Positions 55,190-64,000 of a DNA stretch of 64,000 bases are shown here, piece after piece. The notes under the pieces are model-generated. The model did not search any database, had not been told where the DNA came from, and saw nothing but the letters and a program-made list of their open reading frames with translations. The position numbers were made by a program, and so were the translations under genes. Numbering within the stretch: the first letter of the stretch is position 1; every line of letters starts with the position of its first letter. Source of the stretch: Octopus vulgaris (Eukaryota); assembly GCA_951406725.2 (NCBI GenBank), contig OX597817.1:51584001-51648000 (forward strand), in the 5' to 3' direction.

Positions 55190-55545
55190 ATTTTTCTTTT
55201 GTTAACAATTAACTCAGAAAAATATATAAATAGTCACCAGGTTAGCCAAAAATCACACAGGTAAAAATGTTGTAACTCCTTGTTTTCAAAGGTAGAAATT
55301 TCGGGTTTACGTGAAATATATTGTATAATATATAAATAAACGTGGTGTGTGTGTGTATATATATGTGTGTGTGTGTGTGTGTATTTTTCCTTTGTTAACA
55401 ATTAACTCGGAAAAATATATAAATAGTCACCAGGTTAGCCAAAAATCACACAGGTAAAAATGTTGTAACTCCTTGTTTTCAAAGGTAGAAATTTCGGGTT
55501 TACATGAAATATATTGTATAATATATAAATAAATGTGTGGTGTGT
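55185..55545. repeat. Near-perfect tandem duplication, period 193 bp, bounded by (TG)n
   Basis: gttaacaattaactc at 55201 and 55394. Confidence 0.9.
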
Positions 55546-55560
55546 GTGTGTGTGTGTATG

Positions 55561-55980
55561 TGGTGAGCTGGCAAATATGTTAGCACGCTGGGAGAAAGGC
55601 CTAGCGGTATTTGGTCTACCGTTACGTTCTGAGTTCAAATTCCGCCGAGGTCGACTTTGCCTTTCATCCTTTCGGGTTCGATAAATTAAGTACCAGTTCT
55701 GTACTGGGGTCAAGCTAATTGATTGGCTCCGTCCCCCAAAATTTCGGGCCTTGTGTCTAGAGTAGATAAAAATGTGTGTGTGAAGATGCGTGGTTTAGTG
55801 GTTAGAGCATTCGGCTCACGATCATAAGGTCGTGAGATCAATTCCCGGCGACGTGTTGTGTCCTTGAGCAAGACACTTTATTTCGCGTTGGTCCAGTCTA
55901 CTCAGCTGACAAAAATGAGTAGCACTTGTATTTCAAAGGGGCAAGTTTTGTCACACTCTGTGTCACACTGACTCTTCCTG
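55561..55980 (+). mobile_element. SINE family 1 followed by SINE family 4
   Basis: Family heads and cores recognisable. Confidence 0.75.
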
Positions 55981-56047
55981 ATAGTTAAACAGACAGACAG
56001 ACAGACAGACGGACGGACGGACGGACGGACGGACGGACGGACGGACG

Positions 56048-56095
<48 letters not shown>

Positions 56096-56113
56096 TAGAT
56101 AGATAGATAGATC

Positions 56114-56177
<64 letters not shown>

Positions 56178-56527
56178 TGAGAGAAATAGAGAGAGAGATG
56201 CCAATTAGCAAAATCAATTTATGCGTAGAACGACAGCACATTTCAAACTGCACGTGTACTGAGGATGTTTTCAAAACGTTACGACATCGTCTCCTGGTTA
56301 CAGTTATTGCTTATGCCAAGCAAATATTATATGCAACAAAATACGTGATGTAAATAGCGATAGAGATAAGCTAAGACTGCGGTAGACATACGAATATAAA
56401 TACAGACTCCTTGTAGAAGTAAATATATTTAGCAACCGAAGTCGAATAATGTATAATGGGTTATCGTATTTTCTTTCTTCTTATATATACATATACGCAT
56501 GTGTGTGAGTGTAAATACATACATACA

Positions 56528-56558
<31 letters not shown>

Positions 56559-56578
56559 GTATATATATATGCATATAT

Positions 56579-56745
56579 GCGCAGGAGTGGCTGAGTGGTA
56601 TGTAGCTTGCTTACCAACCACATGGTTCCGGGTTCAGTCTCACTGCGTGACACCTTGGGCAAGTGTCTTCCTCTATAGCCTCGGGCCGACCAAAGCATTG
56701 TGAGTGGGTTTGTTAGACGGAAAATTAAAGAAGCCTGTCGTATAT
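56579..56745 (+). mobile_element. SINE family 2, 5' half
   Basis: gcgcaggagtggctgagtgg...ggttcagtc...caccttgggcaagtg. Confidence 0.8.
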
Positions 56746-56778
56746 ATGTATATATGTGTGCGCGGTGTGTGTGTGTGT

Positions 56779-56848
<70 letters not shown>

Positions 56849-57006
56849 GTGTCCATGAAAACAAATATTGACGATTATACATTCAACTATATGAATATAT
56901 ACGCATCTCCATATGTATTTTTAAACATATCTACATATACATACACACGTATCTACCTTTCTTCTTCTCTCTCTCTCTCTCTCCCTCTTTATTTCTCTCC
57001 TTTGTC

Positions 57007-57047
<41 letters not shown>

Positions 57048-57051
57048 ATAA

Positions 57052-57115
<64 letters not shown>

Positions 57116-57615
57116 ACACTGATATCTATGTATATATTTACGGACGCACGCACCTGAGTAACTGTGTGTATGTCTGTGTGTGTTTGTGTGTGTGTGTACA
57201 CACGTATATTACGTAACATATTTTCGGAGAAGAGAAAGAAACAAGATTGTAATCTAATACCAGTAATCGGCTTCGTGTCTGGTCGAAATATATCAATATT
57301 TAAGTGGTGCTATTTGTAACATGTCCAAAATGTACAAACTATGTTATAAAAATAAACATATATTACAGAGAGAGAAACCTAATCCAGATAGAATGTTCGA
57401 TGGATGTTACTTCTGCCTCCTGGGTAGATACCGTTTTAAACGTCTTAATGCAGTTGCTTCGCTGTATACGTTTCCCACAAGATGTACCACCCAACCATAA
57501 TCATAGAATTGGTTCCTTTTTACTGTATGTAAGCAATTACGAGCGAATTGTTGCTCGTTTATTTCAGTACGTACTATCATACATTCAATACGAACCGATG
57601 GCTTTTCTACCTTTA

Positions 57616-58205
57616 AGGCGGCGAGCTGGCAGAATCCTTAGCACGCCGAGCGAAATGCGTAGCCGTATTTCGTCTGCCGTTACATTCTGAGTTCAAATTC
57701 CGCCGAGGTCGACTTTGCCTTTCATCCTTTCGGGGTCGATTAATTAAGTACCAGTTACGCACTGGGGTCGATGTAATCGACTTAATCCGTTTGTCTGTCC
57801 TTGTTTGTCCTCGCTGTGTTTAGCCCCTTGTAGGTAGTAAAGAAATGGGTATTTCGTCTGCGGCTACGTTCTGAGTTCAAATTCCGCCGAGGTCGACTTT
57901 GCTTTTCATCCTTTCGGGGGTCAATAAATTAAGTACCAGTTACGCACTGTGATCGATATAATCGCCTTAATCCCTTTGTCTATCCTTGTTTTTCCCCTCT
58001 GTGTGTAGCCCCTTGTAGGCAGTAAAGAAATAAGAAACGTCAGCACGCTGGGCGAAATGCTTAGCAGTATTTAGTCTGCCGCTACGTCGACTTTGCCTTT
58101 CATCTTTTAAGAGTCGATAAATTAAGTACCAATGAATCACAGGGGCCGATGTAATCGACTTATCCCCTCCCACCAAAATGGCTGCCCTTGTGGCAAAATT
58201 TAAAA
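57616..58205 (+). mobile_element. SINE family 1 (trimeric)
   Basis: Core occurs three times. Confidence 0.85.
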
Positions 58206-59796
58206 CGATTATTACAACTCGCCTACTATGATCATATTTTCCCATAGACATGTAAGTTAATATCTGGTAAATTTCAGGTGAAGTAAAGCTATATTTGAGA
58301 GTCCATGAGCTGACAAGCATTAGAACACAATATTACTCTTGTTATACCTTCAACACACTTCAGCTGGTGATATAGAATGTAGCTAAACTCTGAGAATTTC
58401 GTGAAACTTTCTAGTTTCTAAATTGCTGATAAAGAATTTCAGATTAGCTTTAAATGAAGCCAATTTTCATAGAAATCTTGATTTGAATGGTGAGAATTAC
58501 ACGTAATCATCTCATTGTTTATGTCTGATATAATACAGCGCTTTGCAATTTGTTTATATCTGTAAGTACTTAAATATATTTATAATATTTGTAAGTACGT
58601 ATATAGGTGTAGAGACAATGCATAAAGATAATAGTAGGTGTGTATTATGTGTCATTATATTACTGTGTGTGTTCATGTGAGGTTGAACGAGTCTGTGTGT
58701 GTGTTTTCTAAAAACAGAACAGATATTTCTTGAAGCACTTCCGTTTATATATTTATTATTCATTCTGACCTGCAGATAATATTAGAAGATGTATCTAATG
58801 TAATATCTTTACCTCGTTATATGTAAAAATTTATAATTATCTACATAAAAAATATTGTTATGTATGTAAACGTAATAATCATCTAATATTAGAAAGACAC
58901 GCTTGATGAGTCGATAGCTGGAGGAAAATGCGACAGCAAAGTGGATGGTTTCTATACGGGAATGGCAGTCTCTAGCGGTCTTTGTAGCCAAGATAATTAA
59001 TTAGTTTAACTCCACTTAGATGCAAATGCCTAACCTCAATGTGTAAACGAGAGTAGTGTTGTAGCTGTGAGAGATGTAGCTCGGCGAATAGAATACTGCA
59101 GTCGCAGTCGTAAATTCGTAGTTTCGATTCTCGAACCAGATAGTACAGCGTTTCTTGAACAAGGGCCTTAATGTCGCGTTGCTTCAGCCGACGCAGCTGT
59201 AAATGAGTTCCAGTAATAACTGGAAAGTTAATCTTGCGATTAACCGGCGTCCCATTAAGGGGATAATGTTGTAACCTCTATCACTTATACGAAACGGAAA
59301 CCGCGTTAGAGTCTGACCTAATGAGACATGACGTTCATCACAAACCTAAGGATTGTACTTGCTTTGTCATGGGCCCTCAGATCCCTAACAAAACCATAAG
59401 GGCGCCATATTCACATATGGGTCAGATTTAAAAGTTCCCTATATAAATCAATGAGTACGGACACTAGTTTTGATTACTTCTTTACAACTTATATGAAATT
59501 CTCAAACCGGTTGTTTTGAAATCTGTTCCAGGAATTATGTTTCTTATGAAGAGACCTGGCAGATGATTATATCCTTATTTCTTCCACTGACTGGTGAGCT
59601 AAGTGCTTTTTAAAGTTTTTACTGTGCTTTCTATTAATATCATAAGTAATTGGCCCTTTTAGTCACTTTTTCGTCTCCCATATCTTCTGACAGATAACTG
59701 TTTGTGCTTTGGTAAGCTTTAGATAAGAACCCTTTCAGCACAAATGATTCTAAAGTATGCTACACATCCTGTACACAGAGCACAAAAAGGAAAGGT

Positions 59797-60120
59797 TTTT
59801 TTTTCAGGTCGTAAGTCATCAAATACACTGGCAAACAGAGGACCCACTCCCTGCAGAGATATAAAGACAAAATCTTGCCTGGTTCAGTTATGTATCCCCC
59901 ACCTGAACTATTTGCCCAAAACAATTTTTCCCAGTTGAAGGAGAACAAGGAAGAGACAGAATGAGAAAATCATGGTTTGACAACATCAAGGACAGGACAG
60001 GTCACACCCCTATGAGCTCGCTACATATGACAGAGAACAGAGGCCAGCGATGACAGCTGACTACGAAAACATCTAGAATGGCACTGGTTGTATCAGTTAA
60101 GGGATCTTGACGATGATGAT
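59797..60120 (+). mobile_element. Degenerate RTE-clade LINE 3' end
   Basis: VEGEQGRDRMRKSWFDNIKDRTG resembles the RTE C-terminus. (GAT)n tail. Confidence 0.6.
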
Positions 60121-60205
60121 GTATTCATATATTTCTAAGTATTTAATTTGATGTAGTCTACCATTAATCTAACTAATATCTAATATATACATATATACAG
60201 AGAGA

Positions 60206-60568
60206 TCATCATCATCAATGTTCGACCGTGGTCGAGACAATGGAATTTACTATGTTACGCCAGACTTCACGGTCCATCATAGCATTACGGAGGTCCTGTT
60301 GCTGGATGCCTGTATCCCTGGAGATTACATCAGGGTAGGAGAGCGTGTGCCTTCTGGTATCGCGAGCAGATGGCTTCCAGAGGAGAAGAGTAGAAATTAC
60401 CTCGTTTTCAGCTCTACAACAATATCCAGCATACTGGACTCTTCTGCCTTTCACAAAGAGTTGTGGTGGGATACATGACTTTACCAGGCAAGATTTTGTC
60501 GTTTTACCCATGCAGGGAGTGGGCCCTGTGTTTGCCAGTGTATTTGTTGACTTACGACTTGAAAAAAA
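60206..60568 (-). mobile_element. RTE/RTE-X-type LINE 3' end, with a fragment of a different RTE family joined at its 5' side
   Basis: RRVQYAGYCCR...LLLWKP...YPDVISRDTG...AMMDREVW, followed by a (TGA)n tail. Confidence 0.75.
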
Positions 60569-61272
60569 GACTATGGAATCTACAGAGAGATAGTGAGTGT
60601 TGGCGAGAGATATAAAAGGAGTGTGAGAGAGGAAGAAAGAGAAGACTGCATAGAAATAACAATCAGTAAAAGTATATGTAAGGAAGAAACAATTATACAG
60701 GAGAAACAGATGTGGACAGATTCGTTAAGACGCAATTAATCAGCGGACATTTTGTTCACCACAACAATGTACGCTGATTGCGATAAATAGATAAATGTCT
60801 AGACTGTTTACACAAACATGTTATTTCCGGTATAGACAAATTGGAAAAAAATTAATGCTAAAGATAAATGCCATTTTAATTACGGCAGTTTGGGAGTTAT
60901 TGAGGGCGTAAATTGACCCCTTAATAACCATTACATTCAGGTTTTTCTGACCCAAGGCAGTAGAACTAGTAAGGGTCCCGTCCCTGGGTTAAACAGATTT
61001 CCCAGGACTAGAGTAAGCCACCGTTGTTTTTGTTGAATCCTCGGTGATGGCAGCTCTTCTAGGAGAAAGAAACTCTGATATACAAATTGCAGTCCAAGTG
61101 GTGATGGTCATCTTGCAATGCTTGTCACTGGAACTCACTATGGCGACCGAGAGTGTGGTAGAAGCGTTCTACAAGTTTTTTGTCACTTAAACCCAATGAC
61201 AGATTTCTCACTATCACTACAAATGTGAGACGGTCACCGTCTTTCTCACTCACACACACATACATATATATA

Positions 61273-61308
<36 letters not shown>

Positions 61309-61374
61309 ATTATATATATATATATATTATTTATTTATTTATTTATTTATTGCCTACATGGGCAGAGAAGATAA

Positions 61375-61517
61375 ACATAGAGAGGACAAATAAGGACAAA
61401 GAGATTAAGTCGACAACATCGACACCAGTGCATAACTGGTACTTATTTAATCGACCACGAAAGGATGAAAGACAAAGTCGACCTCGGCGTAATTTGAACT
61501 CAGAACGTAACGGCAGA
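61375..61517 (-). mobile_element. SINE family 1, partial
   Basis: Reverse complement of core and tail. Confidence 0.7.
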
Positions 61518-61535
61518 TATTAGTATGCATATACA

Positions 61536-61574
<39 letters not shown>

Positions 61575-61630
61575 TCATATATATATACATACATATACTC
61601 ATATATATATGCATACATATATATACACAG

Positions 61631-61676
<46 letters not shown>

Positions 61677-61678
<2 letters not shown>

Positions 61679-61824
61679 CTGTGTGGTAAGAAGCTTGCTT
61701 CCCAACCACATGGTTCCAGATTCAGTCTCACTGCGTTACACCTTGGGCAAGTGTCTTCTACTATAGCCTCGTCCGACCAGAGCCTTGAGTGAATTTGGTA
61801 GACAGAAACTGAAAGAAGCCCGTC

Positions 61825-61890
<66 letters not shown>

Positions 61891-62080
61891 GAAATATGGG
61901 GGTTTAATTCACACGTGATCTAAACGACTAGGTACGCTGAACTTCTTTCTGTTTCAGTCTCACAAGGATTTGGTCGGCCCGAGGCCATAGTAGAAGACAC
62001 TTGCCCAAGGTGCCACGCAATGGGACTGAACCCGGAACCATGTGGCTGGTAATCAAGCAACTTACTACACAGCCACTCCT
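61677..62080. mobile_element. Inverted pair of SINE family 2 5' halves (61677-61826 +, 61943-62080 -)
   Basis: Both match the family 2 head, in opposite orientations. Confidence 0.8.
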
Positions 62081-62111
62081 ACCATTAGACAGACAGACAG
62101 ATTAGATAGAT

Positions 62112-62195
<84 letters not shown>

Positions 62196-62688
62196 ATTGT
62201 CTGCAAATATTTACTGAACACTAGGTAAAGTACAATAGTCACATACGTGCGCGCGCAAATTGCAGAGGGAGAGGGGAAAGGGAGAGAGTGAGAGAGGGAC
62301 GGAAAGCGCGGGAGTGAGAGATAGAGACAGACAGACAGATAGCTCGACAGGCAGACAGACAGACAAACGCATACACCCAACAGGCATATTTAGAAGGAAA
62401 GATTGATAGTCGGAGTTATCAAAGCATGGCCGATGGTCAGTTTCGTCTCCGTCTGTCAAAGATGACCATCGGCGAACGTTTTAAAGTCGTCAACTTTTGC
62501 ACTGTATACTCATCCCTCTATATACACCCATACCCACATATATGCGTGTGCGCGCGAGTTGGTGTGTGTTTGTATGTATGTATGTATGTGTCTGAGTTTG
62601 TGCGTATGTGTGTATATATACATATATAAATATATATACACTTATATATATAAATATATATATATATATGTATATACCTATATATACA

Positions 62689-62755
<67 letters not shown>

Positions 62756-63171
62756 CGTACAGTGACTTTTGAGGTTGGTCATTCAGCTGAATCAAATTTG
62801 AAATTATTTCATTAAGAGAAACCATTTAGTTTCGTAACATGGCCCCGGGGACCGCTGTTTAATAAGTCTAAAATAAAAGAAAGACCTACAAATTATCATT
62901 CATCATTCACTTACATCATTTATAAATCAATTCCATACTTCGATCATTATATATTTTTACATATTCGCAGAAACCTTTCGTTTTAATTAGTTATTGGAAT
63001 AAATCATTTGTAATTAATAAAAGTCCTAACCCTGAAACTAATTCCTCTGCTATTGAATTACTTTGCTAAGTTTTAAATCTCTTCAATGCCTAAATGACCG
63101 CTCTACAGAGCCAGGGGTTGAGGGAACTGATCAAATTTGGCTTCAAGCATTGAGGAAACTTCAATAAGATA

Positions 63172-63900
63172 CTCTTTTACTTGTTTCAGTCATTTGACTG
63201 TGACCATGCTGGAGCGCCGCCTTTTAGTCGAGCAAATCGACCCCAGGACTTATTCTTTGTAAGCCTAGTACTTATTCTCTCGGTCCCTTTTGCCGAACCG
63301 CTAAGTGAAGAGGGCGTAAACGCACCAGCATCGGTTGTCAAGCGATGTTGGAGGGACAAACACACACACAAACACACATATATATACATATACATATATA
63401 CGACGGGCTTCTTTCAGTTTCCGTCTACCAAATCCACTCACAAGGCTTTGGTCGGCCCGAGGCTATAGTAGAAGATATTTGCTCAAGTTGCCACGCAGTG
63501 GGACCGAACCCAGAACCATATAGTTGGTAAACAAGCTACTTACCACATAACATTTCCATTGGAAATTTTTTATCTCTTACTTGTTGCACTTGTTAGACTG
63601 CGGCCATACTGGGGCACCGCCTTGAAGGATTTTAGTCGAACGAATCGACCCCAGTCCTAATTTTTGTTTTTCCTTTGTTTGTTTTTTTAAAGCCTATTCT
63701 ATCACTCTGTTTGCCGAACCCCTAAGTTAAGGGGACTTAAACGCACCAACACCCGTTGCCAAGTGGTTGGGGGGGGGGGCAAAAATAGAGACACGCACAC
63801 ACACATATAAATACATCCACACACAGAAACACACACGCACACACATATACTTATACATATTCATATGTGGGGGGTGAAGGGTTCTTTCAGTTTAGCCCCG
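63172..63900 (-). mobile_element. Two SINE family 2 copies (63172-63548 and a diverged copy at about 63575-63900)
   Basis: Match to 20287-20732. Confidence 0.8.
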
Positions 63901-64000
63901 AAATGATAATTCCTGATGATTTAGAGTAACAGACGAAAACCTCAATAAAAAGTCTCTTTCATTTAACCCCTTCAATATAGGTGCAAGCATGGATGTGTGG

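Overview
AT-rich, repeat-saturated eukaryotic DNA. The SINE families and microsatellite load suggest a cephalopod, probably Octopus (inference, not verified). No complete host gene is visible, and most ORFs in the track are translations of microsatellites or SINEs. The real coding remnants are transposons: Penelope-like elements (RT and GIY-YIG; 11357-12406, 48682-49527, small pieces at about 32230 and 49990), two R4/Dong-type RLE LINEs sitting in (TAA)n, RTE-type 3' ends, a DD37D (maT-type) Tc1/mariner relic, a pogo-type relic and a Tc1/mariner MITE. At least four tRNA-derived SINE families are present in many copies. The most notable signal is a set of minimal type I hammerhead ribozyme motifs in three repeat families. 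One of them is a tRNA-headed SINE whose 3' tail carries the hammerhead and which inserts with Penelope-style inverted terminal copies (33652-34012, 36936-39003). This suggests a Pol III SINE mobilised by Penelope-like elements. One possible host terminal exon lies at 50819-51065 (-). Repeat coordinates were read by eye and may be off by some bases.
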